Of a DNA stretch of 64,000 nt, positions 47,820 to 56,217 are shown piece by piece. This stretch comes from Candidatus Parvarchaeum sp. GTDB lineage: Archaea; Nanobdellota; Nanobdellia; Parvarchaeales; Parvarchaeaceae. Below the pieces are notes generated by a model. The model was not told the DNA's origin, did not search any database, and saw nothing but the letters and a program-made list of their open reading frames with translations. The stretch covers positions 1 to 64,000 of the forward strand of contig JBMFWF010000002.1 of the NCBI GenBank assembly GCA_049965555.1, in the 5' to 3' direction. Positions within the stretch are counted from its first letter, which is position 1, and each line of letters begins with the position of its first letter. A program made the position numbers and the translations under genes.

Positions 47820-49064
47820 TTATGTTAACTGCTTAAACAAAGCAGATAAAGCCTCGTCTATTCCCGCCTCCTTTAATTTTGTTGGCTCGTTTGGATCTAC
47901 TTTTGATAGGTCCTCAGCAACTGTCTGCACTAGTGCTATTGCAGAATCCAAGTGCAACTTTTCTCTTATTTCTTCTTTTTTAAGTGCTCCCTGGAGATCA
48001 GCTTTATTTGCAATAACTACTACTGGCAAACCATAAGTTTCTGTCTTCCTAAGCATTTCAACTGCTCTTGGGAACTGTTCTGGCTTGGTTGAGTCTACTA
48101 CTAGGAATACACCGATTGCTTCTCCGCCTAGCATTTTAAGTAATGGATCAAATCTTTCCTGTCCAGGCGTTCCAAACAAATCTGCACGATAACCCTGAAA
48201 ATCTACTGTTCCATGATCCAAAGCTATCGTTCCGCCAAGCTTATCTACACTTACAGCATTCTTAGAGGCACTGTGTATGAATGAACTTTTTCCAGCATCT
48301 GTCGGCCCAGTAACTAGAATCTTGGGGAAGTAAACCTTTATTCCTCCCGGCTTTATTGCTTTGAACAGCACAGATGAAAATGTCTGTTGCTTTTCTTCAA
48401 CCCAATCGCACTTTAATACCGCAAAATACTGCCCGAAAATCACGCGTTTTTCTATTCCCTTGACCTCTATAGTTGAATTTACATTTGAAAGCAGTTTATC
48501 TACATTTTGTTTTTCGTAGCCCCAATCTGTGAAAAGAAGCACTGCTGCAGAGTCCTTGCTTACAACCTCTTGTTTTACATCATTCATAAATGAAGTAGCA
48601 AATGAAAAATTAAAGAAATCAGCAAGCAGTGAAAATGAATCTATTACAAGCAGTCCGTACCCATTACCAATCTCTTTGAGGACTTTTGTCTTTACTTCTT
48701 CCTTATCATAAGGATTGCTTATAACCTTTATATGATCCGTTTCATCTGATTTTATGCCGGTAATCCCACTGTAAGCATCTATTATAAATAAATTGTCATT
48801 GGCTGGAAAGTCATATTCTTTCATGTCTGTAAGATAAGACTGTGGAGATGTTCTGTTAAGAAATACGAGAACTTTTACTCCAGAGGTTATATTCTTATGT
48901 ATTATTTGATATCCAAACACTTCATTTCCCACGGAGGGCGAAGCAGATATCAATACAACCTTTTTAGAAGGTATTCCCTTAAGCTGCTCATCTAACTTAG
49001 CTATTCCAAAATAAGGATCAAAATCCTTATCTGGCACACCGTCTAATCCTTTAAACTCTACCAT
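47820..49064 (-). CDS. Fusion of a degenerate KaiC/RAD55-like ATPase domain and an MglA/CvnD-like small GTPase
   Basis: N-domain: FGIAKLD.L.G.P, Walker A without Lys (SPSVGNE), IIDAYS, VIDSFS. C-domain: G1 GPTDAGKSS, G2 TIALDHG, G3 FGTPGQERF, G4 NKAD. Confidence 0.88.
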   Translation of the reverse strand: MVEFKGLDGVPDKDFDPYFGIAKLDEQLKGIPSKKVVLISASPSVGNEVFGYQIIHKNITSGVKVLVFLNRTSPQSYLTDMKEYDFPANDNLFIIDAYSGITGIKSDETDHIKVISNPYDKEEVKTKVLKEIGNGYGLLVIDSFSLLADFFNFSFATSFMNDVKQEVVSKDSAAVLLFTDWGYEKQNVDKLLSNVNSTIEVKGIEKRVIFGQYFAVLKCDWVEEKQQTFSSVLFKAIKPGGIKVYFPKILVTGPTDAGKSSFIHSASKNAVSVDKLGGTIALDHGTVDFQGYRADLFGTPGQERFDPLLKMLGGEAIGVFLVVDSTKPEQFPRAVEMLRKTETYGLPVVVIANKADLQGALKKEEIREKLHLDSAIALVQTVAEDLSKVDPNEPTKLKEAGIDEALSALFKQLT

Positions 49065-49100
49065 ATAGTAAAATTATATCAATTATCGCTTTTAAATATA

Positions 49101-49769
49101 TCATTCGAGCTCCTTAAAATCAAGTACTTCCTTGCTTGTGCCTGAAAGCCTGAAATACCTTTTTCCTCCATCAAGCTTTAAATCGATTATTGCGTCAGAA
49201 AGATTTTTTATGGTTTCTATAACTTCAGGAGGATGCATCGCTATGTCAATTGAAAATATTATGGTAACTCCTGCTAATTTGGCTTTACCACAAACGAACT
49301 GTAGAAAGCGGTACACTGTTACTGGATTATTATATATCAATAGATTTGAAAGATTGTCAAAGATGTTTATTACCGGCTTTGCATCCTTTACAAAATCGCT
49401 ATTCGTACTTGATAATGAAACTGATAAACCTGTCAAATCCAATGGCCCGTTTAATATTTTTGCATAGGAATTGTCAGTAGCACTGGGTGAGTTCGTCCTG
49501 CTAAAATCATCCAATATCTTAAAATTTTCTCCAAGGTAAGGATTTATGTTTATTCCTCTGGAGTTGAATTCATTTATCAAGTCGGAGTAAGACTTGGAAG
49601 TCAGCACATAAACTATTGCATTTTTTGACGCAAGAGCGGATTGAACGACTTTATATATAAACAGCTCTTTTCCTGATTCTTTATTTCCAAAAATAGAGTA
49701 TACCTTCCTGTAATCCAAGCCATTAGTAAGCTCATCAAAGTTCTTAAAACCAGTTTTTATTCCTTCCAT
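49101..49769 (-). CDS. KaiC/RAD55-like (RecA superfamily) ATPase, degenerate
   Basis: IKTGF..FDEL..GL, GNKESGKE, ILDDFS, P.DLT.LS, IFDNLS.LL.YN, MH......I..L.D.II.L. Confidence 0.85.
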   Translation of the reverse strand: MEGIKTGFKNFDELTNGLDYRKVYSIFGNKESGKELFIYKVVQSALASKNAIVYVLTSKSYSDLINEFNSRGININPYLGENFKILDDFSRTNSPSATDNSYAKILNGPLDLTGLSVSLSSTNSDFVKDAKPVINIFDNLSNLLIYNNPVTVYRFLQFVCGKAKLAGVTIIFSIDIAMHPPEVIETIKNLSDAIIDLKLDGGKRYFRLSGTSKEVLDFKELE

Positions 49770-49770
49770 A

Positions 49771-50382
49771 TCAAACCAACTTTACCTTCTTTGATTTTAT
49801 TCCCATAGGGGAACCATCAACCTTCATTAATATATCAACGGTCAATTGATCATCTTGCTTTAAAAAGGTTATCTCCTCAAGCAAAGACTCATTTGCCGGC
49901 ATATTAACGAATGGAAAAAGATAATTTGAAAGACTTTTAAAAAGCTCTTTCTTACCGTTCTTTTTCAACATTATAGACAAATTATCACTCATATCTTCGG
50001 TTTCAACTATCTTAAAGTAATCGGTGTCAATCACTATATCTGTTATGCTGTCATGCGGCAAGCCCTTAAGATCTTCTATTACTGGGTCAATGTTTTCATC
50101 AGCGCCGAATTGTTTTGAAACGGATTTCTGCTGGTTGTTCTCTATAAAATCAATGGTTAACTTCACAGCCTTCACAAGGAAAAGCCTCAGCAGGATATTG
50201 TATATCTTATATACCTTTATGCTTAGCGGATGCTGCGCTTTTATCTTTATAACACCTTCTTTGTATTCAAGGCTTATCGATACTTTTTTGTAGGCTATCA
50301 AACCACTTATCTTTGAAAGTGGTGCGTTCTCGTCATAAAAGCTCTTTAGTTCATTTATTGCGTCAAAAATATCGATTTCCAT
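49771..50382 (-). CDS. Hypothetical protein in the KaiC/GTPase/Roadblock cluster
   Basis: 203-aa ORF ending 1 nt before the start of the KaiC-like gene. Confidence 0.7.
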   Translation of the reverse strand: MEIDIFDAINELKSFYDENAPLSKISGLIAYKKVSISLEYKEGVIKIKAQHPLSIKVYKIYNILLRLFLVKAVKLTIDFIENNQQKSVSKQFGADENIDPVIEDLKGLPHDSITDIVIDTDYFKIVETEDMSDNLSIMLKKNGKKELFKSLSNYLFPFVNMPANESLLEEITFLKQDDQLTVDILMKVDGSPMGIKSKKVKLV

Positions 50383-50420
50383 GCTATATAATATACATTA
50401 AAGAATTTAAAATTGACATT

Positions 50421-51056
50421 TTAACCTGCGCACGCCCCAGTTGGTGAACTTGCAGGGTCATAAAGTATTTTTTCATCCGGCGAAATGGTAACAGCACTTC
50501 CTGAAACCGCTTCTATAATTGCAACATACCCTGCGCAACCTGTACTTTCATTAAACCAGAATGAAATATTTTTACCAGTTTCTAAAGCTACATAATCATG
50601 ATTAAGGTCTTTTGTGTTTACCCAGTTAACGTACTGCTGATTGGTCATAACGACGAAATTAGTAACCGTAGATGCATTATATACCATGTGCACTTTGAAA
50701 GTGTCTGGTATTGTAAGAAAGGAGTAAGAATCCGGGCCTAAAACTGTTGGCTCGTTCCATATAGTTATCAATGGTTTACCGTCAAAAAAGGAGAATGGCA
50801 AAGCAGAAACATTCTGATTGTGTATAGCTAAAGTAGAATTTGGATAATATGATAGTATAGAACGGTTTATTATTATGTTTACCCCATTATTCGGAAGGCA
50901 GAATGGCCCTGAATTATTCACTGCCAAAGTGTCATTTGAAAAATAGCATGAATTAAATAAAACTATGTGCATTTTAAAGCCATAGAATATTGCTACAAGA
51001 ATTATTATCAAAAGAATGGCCGTCAATACATTTATTGCAATAGATCTTTTCTTCAT
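50421..51056 (-). CDS. Membrane-anchored/secreted beta-rich protein, possible class III signal
   Basis: MKKRS plus hydrophobic helix; many N-x-S/T sequons; Cys pairs. Confidence 0.7.
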   Translation of the reverse strand: MKKRSIAINVLTAILLIIILVAIFYGFKMHIVLFNSCYFSNDTLAVNNSGPFCLPNNGVNIIINRSILSYYPNSTLAIHNQNVSALPFSFFDGKPLITIWNEPTVLGPDSYSFLTIPDTFKVHMVYNASTVTNFVVMTNQQYVNWVNTKDLNHDYVALETGKNISFWFNESTGCAGYVAIIEAVSGSAVTISPDEKILYDPASSPTGACAG

Positions 51057-51092
51057 TTACTAAAAACAATGTTGATAAATAAAAAGCTTTGT

Positions 51093-51461
51093 TTAAGAAT
51101 AACCTGCAGTTACGCAATTGCTGTAACCCATAGTAGTTCCATTTGATAAAACTACCGTAGTAGTATTAGTTCCAGGTGGAACTGCTAAATCTGAATAACA
51201 ATGATAGACACCTGGACCGGAGGGATTAGCAACAGTCTGAGAGCACCATTGCTGGAAACCTAAACTTGCTGGTACGGTAGTAGAGTAAGTTGAGCATGTC
51301 GAAGAAAATGCTGATAACGTAGAACTGGATGGAGAGGCTGCACCCAAGCCCTTGAAGCCACCTAATACAAATGTGATTAATAAGACAAGTATAAGCAAGC
51401 CCACAGCAATAAGTATTATTGTATTGATGGGCAGGCCCTGTGCTCTTTTATTTGAAATCAT
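51093..51461 (-). CDS. Type IV pilin-like protein (class III signal peptide)
   Basis: NKRA|QGLPINTIILIAVGLLILVLLI; S/T-rich domain with 4 Cys. Confidence 0.85.
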   Translation of the reverse strand: MISNKRAQGLPINTIILIAVGLLILVLLITFVLGGFKGLGAASPSSSTLSAFSSTCSTYSTTVPASLGFQQWCSQTVANPSGPGVYHCYSDLAVPPGTNTTTVVLSNGTTMGYSNCVTAGYS

Positions 51462-51600
51462 ATTTACATACTAAAATTTATACTATTTAAATATTTCTTT
51501 TTAGGTGTAAATTTACGAATTCAATTACAAATTCAAAGTTAAACGCCTTTTCTATAAATTAAAGATTTATTAATATAAACGGACATAAAATAAGCGTTAT

Positions 51601-51873
51601 ATGTATTTGAGCAGGCTAGTTATAGATGCAGTAAAACCTATCGGTGAATATAGTATAATCGACCTTGCAAACGATATAGCCAAACACGTAAGAAACGGAG
51701 AGGTTTTCATAAAGGTTGTAGAAGTGGATATTCATACAGAAGGCTTAAAAGTGGTCATTGAAGGCTCAAAAATAAACTTCGAAGGCATACAAAAAGCCTT
51801 GAAGGATAGGGGTGCAGTGATAAACAGTCTAGATGAAGCCACAGTAAGTTCTAATGGAAAGAGCAAAAAGTAG
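51601..51873 (+). CDS. DUF211 family protein
   Basis: RLVID..KP, I.DLA, V.EVD..TE.LK..IEG..I.F..I...L...GAVI.S.DE. Confidence 0.85.
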   Translation: MYLSRLVIDAVKPIGEYSIIDLANDIAKHVRNGEVFIKVVEVDIHTEGLKVVIEGSKINFEGIQKALKDRGAVINSLDEATVSSNGKSKK

Positions 51874-52405
51874 GTATGTAATACTGGGCCTAAGCGACGG
51901 ATTATTCCTTGGCTTAGGCATATCACTAGGTATTTCAGTTTTCCACAGCTATCAGCTTACATTTGCATCCATCTTATTAGTAGGCGTGAGCGGTTCTCTT
52001 TCCAATTTCTTTTCCGCTTATAATGCTGAAAATTTTGTGTTGGGTCAGCAAATGAAGGAATATCGAAAAATACTTTTTGCAAAGGAATATGACCCAAAAA
52101 AGATCACAAAACTAAAAAAAGCTAAAAACCTTAAATATGCTGAAATAGGTTTTCTTTCAACATTACTTGGCAGTATTATAGTACTTTTGCCTTATTTGGT
52201 TTACTATTCATTAAATGAGAAGCAAAGCGTTACCACTAGCATCATTTCACTTATTCTAAGTTTGATAATACTTGCATTTATAGGAAGCTACTCGCAGGAA
52301 GAAAATGCGCAAAAAATAAAGGAGGGACTAAAAACGGCAGGTATAGGACTTCTTATCGCTGTGATAAGCGCCTTTTTAGGCGTATTGATAAATTTGTTTA
52401 TTTAG
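51854..52405 (+). CDS. VIT1/CCC1 family metal transporter
   Basis: RY.ILG.SDG, G..G..SN..SAY.AE, TM helices; overlaps the DUF211 gene. Confidence 0.8.
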   Translation: MERAKSRYVILGLSDGLFLGLGISLGISVFHSYQLTFASILLVGVSGSLSNFFSAYNAENFVLGQQMKEYRKILFAKEYDPKKITKLKKAKNLKYAEIGFLSTLLGSIIVLLPYLVYYSLNEKQSVTTSIISLILSLIILAFIGSYSQEENAQKIKEGLKTAGIGLLIAVISAFLGVLINLFI

Positions 52406-53183
52406 ATTTTGCAAGGTCTGCCATCTTTGAATTGAACTCTACTCCTTTTATGATTATTTCCTGGGCCTTTTCGCCGCTTATTTCTATTTTTTCGCCATGA
52501 AATAATTTTTTACCCAATGAGAATATCTCATTAAAATCACTGATCTGTTTCTTGTTAACTAATCCTCTTTCTTCTAGCTTCAAAAGCATTTCAGGGATTA
52601 CCTCCGGTGATGGCGGTATGTCTCCCTGCCTCATTATTGCAGCCTGCGCGGAATTCACAACAGCCCAGTACATATCTGTGACCACAGAAGCAAGTTTAAG
52701 CTTTGCCGAATTAGTGTAGAGCTCGCTTCTTGTCAAAGAAGCGTATATTGATTCTTCCGTAGGCTTTATTTCGCCCATGTTAAGCAGTGCCTGCAAAGGC
52801 TCGAAATAACCGGTATCTATCAAAGGGACGCCGTATTTTAGAACATTAACTGAAACAGGATCTGCAGCTATTACTCCGCGCCAGAAAGCGGTCAATGTAA
52901 CGAAGTTTATGTGTAATTTGGCTTGGCTTTCCTTTACAAGCTTGTCAACGTCTGAAAATATCAACGACTGAACGTTTTCATCTAGCTTATTCAAAACGTC
53001 GTCCATTACCACCATTATATCTACATCGCTGTCCTCTGTTTCTTTGCCTTTGCTATAAGAACCAAATAGAACGATTGTTTTCATTACTTTCGGGTATTTT
53101 TCAAATATCCCCTTTGCGAATTTATAAGCCGCATCGTATCCTTTTAATTCCAAATGCCCTTTTTCATTGTTTTCTTCCATCAT
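52398..53183 (-). CDS. Minimal nucleotidyltransferase fused to a HEPN-like helical domain
   Basis: IVLFGSYSKG.....SDVDI (GS-x10-DxD); C-terminal Y.A.V..AQAA.....PP.P helical bundle. Confidence 0.8.
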   Translation of the reverse strand: MMEENNEKGHLELKGYDAAYKFAKGIFEKYPKVMKTIVLFGSYSKGKETEDSDVDIMVVMDDVLNKLDENVQSLIFSDVDKLVKESQAKLHINFVTLTAFWRGVIAADPVSVNVLKYGVPLIDTGYFEPLQALLNMGEIKPTEESIYASLTRSELYTNSAKLKLASVVTDMYWAVVNSAQAAIMRQGDIPPSPEVIPEMLLKLEERGLVNKKQISDFNEIFSLGKKLFHGEKIEISGEKAQEIIIKGVEFNSKMADLAKSK

Positions 53184-54904
53184 ACCATCGGTGTCCCCGA
53201 AAAGCTTGAATTGCCTTTATTCTCCATGTAACCTCCGCCCGCTGCCGGGAATATCCCTGAAAAACCGCCATAGGGGAACATGTCCTGCTTCAATCCAAGA
53301 TTAGAATAAGAGGAATAATCTCCTACTATAGAAGAATAAGGCTGGCCAAGATAAGAAGGCAAAGATACATAAGGAGTGTTACCATACAAAGGCGCACCCA
53401 TATACTGAAGAGATTGAATAGTTCCGCTTTCAAGCCCACCTAACCCTCCAAAAACCTCCATTATAGCAGGAACATCAAGCCCCTTTTCCATCATTGCATC
53501 GTAAACCTCTTTTATTGGAGCATTTCCCTGCCCTAAAGGAAGGTGGCTATCCTTATTTCCCATATTATCATTTAAATGATATCTTTTCAAATAATCTCCG
53601 GCAGCCTTTGCCATTTCAACTATGTCCTTATCGGAATATGGCTGCCCGGTCTTTGGATTTATGTAGGATTTAAAAACGTTTATGTGCCCGATATCGAGAT
53701 TTATGCCGATAAGATCGCTGCTTATCTTTTCTGCTTCTCTAAGAGATAAATGCTGTTTTTCATGCAGCTCTTTTGCAAATTCTTCCCTAGCTATACGTAC
53801 TGCCTCTGCAGTGTCCTTAGGATCGCTTAATGACATCGTTGGTGACATAGGATTTTCAACAAGTATCATTGGCTTTGATTCTGTATTTTTGTAAGAAAAC
53901 ATTGCCGCTTTAACTATACCTTCTGCAGCAAGTTCAGGTGCTTTTTTATCATAAGGAATAAACCTATTGGAAAGGCTTTTTTCATCTATTTCAAGCTCTG
54001 TATACTTCTGATTTAAATTTTTAACCATATCCTGTATGTTTTCAAGTTCTTTCTTTGCTTTTTCAAATTCATTTTGATTGGACTTCGACTTAGCAGCGCT
54101 CATCTTGGCCAAAATATCTGCCTCTTGATATTCTAGGTTCCTTAAGCTTATATTAAGACTTGCTCTTTCTTGATTTATCTGTTGTAATATGCCTTTTTTC
54201 TGGAATTCAACTGACCCTTCTGGGCTAAGTATTACCTTGCCATCATCAGAAACGAAACCAAGTTTTTTATCTTTATTTTCAAATATATTTTTGTAGAAAT
54301 TTTCGCCGTACATCTCCCTAAATTTCTGCATTGCCAGTCTTTTCCTTTCTTCAGGATTGCTTACAGTATTTTTGTCGATTCCCAAGTCGATCTCCTGTTT
54401 TGTCACTTGAATTACCTTTTCGTCCTTCTGATCATAAACGGAATAAACTATACTTTTATCTGGATCTGAAAATTGATCTGCAGAAGCATGGAATATCACA
54501 GGCATGTTTTGCCTGCCCATCTTCTTGCTTATATCATCGGCAAACTCCAAAGCAGTACCTATCTCCCTTTCAACGGAATGTTCATATATTTCCGCTTTCT
54601 TTCCTGACTGCGGATCTATACCTGAAAAGTTTATTGCCCAAGGAGCATGAACGCTTAAATCAACGTCATTTGTTTTTGCAAGATTTGCTATCGCTTCTCT
54701 TTCTGTTTTACCAATAGTATCCGCTGCATTCCCTTGTTCTCCGCCAAGGCCATATACGCTTGCTACATCTATTTCGACCATCCTTGCACCGCTTCTAAGA
54801 ACTTTGGCAAACTCCTCTAACTGATTTCTCTCCCCTATAGAAACGCCAAATTGGACCTTATTGAACGGGTCGTTGAACTTGCTGTTTAACATGTAGTCTG
54901 TCAT
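53180..54904 (-). CDS. AP-endonuclease-2/xylose-isomerase-like TIM barrel with a large coiled-coil insertion
   Basis: Metal-ligand motifs SVHAP, IFHAS, LVEN, NLDIGH, HLNDN.G..DSHLPLG.G, ME; heptad-rich insert; G/S/Y-rich tail. Confidence 0.8.
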   Translation of the reverse strand: MTDYMLNSKFNDPFNKVQFGVSIGERNQLEEFAKVLRSGARMVEIDVASVYGLGGEQGNAADTIGKTEREAIANLAKTNDVDLSVHAPWAINFSGIDPQSGKKAEIYEHSVEREIGTALEFADDISKKMGRQNMPVIFHASADQFSDPDKSIVYSVYDQKDEKVIQVTKQEIDLGIDKNTVSNPEERKRLAMQKFREMYGENFYKNIFENKDKKLGFVSDDGKVILSPEGSVEFQKKGILQQINQERASLNISLRNLEYQEADILAKMSAAKSKSNQNEFEKAKKELENIQDMVKNLNQKYTELEIDEKSLSNRFIPYDKKAPELAAEGIVKAAMFSYKNTESKPMILVENPMSPTMSLSDPKDTAEAVRIAREEFAKELHEKQHLSLREAEKISSDLIGINLDIGHINVFKSYINPKTGQPYSDKDIVEMAKAAGDYLKRYHLNDNMGNKDSHLPLGQGNAPIKEVYDAMMEKGLDVPAIMEVFGGLGGLESGTIQSLQYMGAPLYGNTPYVSLPSYLGQPYSSIVGDYSSYSNLGLKQDMFPYGGFSGIFPAAGGGYMENKGNSSFSGTPMV

Positions 54905-55038
54905 AGATTAGTATTGATAGTCATAAGATAAATGCTTTTTTATTCCATTAATAAAAATCAGCTTAAATTGTAAAAAGTACTGTGCTTGTACGCCAGTCCG
55001 CAAATAAATGTAATATTTCAGTTAAAATTGCCTATTTA

Positions 55039-55512
55039 TTAATCCCCAAACAATCTAACATGTTCCTTCATCATACACCTATTAAATATCACGATTATGC
55101 CTCTTTCTTCTGCAAGTTTCTTTGCTTCATCGTTTGAAATTCCTTCCTGCATCCATATGACCTTTGGATTTTTATTTATTGCTGCCTGAACAACCGGCAA
55201 AACCTTGTCAGATGGCCTAAAAATATCAACTATCTCGACTGTTCCAGGCACATCTAAAATAGATGGGTAAGATTTTCTATTTAATATAGAATCGGCATTG
55301 GGGTTTACAGGAATTACATCATACCCTTTACCTATTAGATATTTTGGTATTTCATGGCTTTCTTTTCCTTCTTCCCTGGACATGCCGACAACTGCTACCT
55401 TTTTGTATTTTGAAAGGATGCCCTTTATTTCCTGGTCGCTGTGACTGTCTTTTGGCATTTGCTGTATTTTTTCATGTTCTTCAATAGAACATTCCGGATC
55501 GTTGCTTTCCAT
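55039..55512 (-). CDS. CoA-binding protein (YccU-like)
   Basis: VAVVGMS, YL...GY.VIPVNP, YPS..D.P..V..VDIFR, VIWMQEG, NRCMM.EH. Confidence 0.92.
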   Translation of the reverse strand: MESNDPECSIEEHEKIQQMPKDSHSDQEIKGILSKYKKVAVVGMSREEGKESHEIPKYLIGKGYDVIPVNPNADSILNRKSYPSILDVPGTVEIVDIFRPSDKVLPVVQAAINKNPKVIWMQEGISNDEAKKLAEERGIIVIFNRCMMKEHVRLFGD

Positions 55513-55554
55513 TTAAATTCAATACTTTACAAATATAAAAAGTATTTATAGTGC

Positions 55555-56217
55555 TTGTATTCATACAAAGGAATGAAAAATGGCTACGAATATAAAAAAG
55601 CCCTTGAAGATATACACAAGCTAGAGAATATAATAGGAACTTGCTGTGAAGATGCAAAGGATTATAAATTTGTACCTTTGTCACTTTCTTGTAACCTGAA
55701 TAGCTATGACGAAAAATTGATAGGTATAGATCAAAAGCTTTTATCGGAGGTTGAAAAGCTAAGTAAATATGATAAAAAGTATTTGTCAGCACTGAAAATG
55801 ACGGTTTACCATGAGATAGGCCACACTAAAACCTATAAAAAAGACCAGGAATACTCATTCAACGAAGCAATCGCAGAGCTTTATGCCCTAAGCAAGGGAA
55901 GCATTGATGATTATATTATTGAAATAGCAGTAATGTCCAACATCATGGGAAATGAGCTTTCTGAGTTCAATCAAACGCTCAGAGAACCCAAAGATGTAGT
56001 GGATTATCTTTTAAAACACGACAGTGCTGATAGATGGGAAGACAAGGAATTCGCTTCTAAATTTCATGAGTACGAATTTGCAAAAAATGCACTTGATAAA
56101 ATAAAGTTGACATACGAAGAAATAGTAGACAGAGTATTAAAAGAAAGAGAGAACATAGATAGTTTAAAAAGGAAGAACAACCTATTTATTGATAAAGATA
56201 TGATATCAAGAAAATGA
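55555..56217 (+). CDS. Hypothetical protein with a gluzincin-like HExxH motif
   Basis: VYHEIGH followed by FNEAIAE; stop overlaps the ABCE1 start (ATGA). Confidence 0.6.
   Translation: MYSYKGMKNGYEYKKALEDIHKLENIIGTCCEDAKDYKFVPLSLSCNLNSYDEKLIGIDQKLLSEVEKLSKYDKKYLSALKMTVYHEIGHTKTYKKDQEYSFNEAIAELYALSKGSIDDYIIEIAVMSNIMGNELSEFNQTLREPKDVVDYLLKHDSADRWEDKEFASKFHEYEFAKNALDKIKLTYEEIVDRVLKERENIDSLKRKNNLFIDKDMISRK

Noticed and set aside
47820-49769. Circadian clock (KaiABC)
   Set aside because: These are single degenerate KaiC-like domains with no KaiA/KaiB and no tandem CI-CII architecture.
54961-55020. Slightly GC-rich intergenic patch as a possible sRNA
   Set aside because: No C/D box pair or convincing stem, so there is not enough support.
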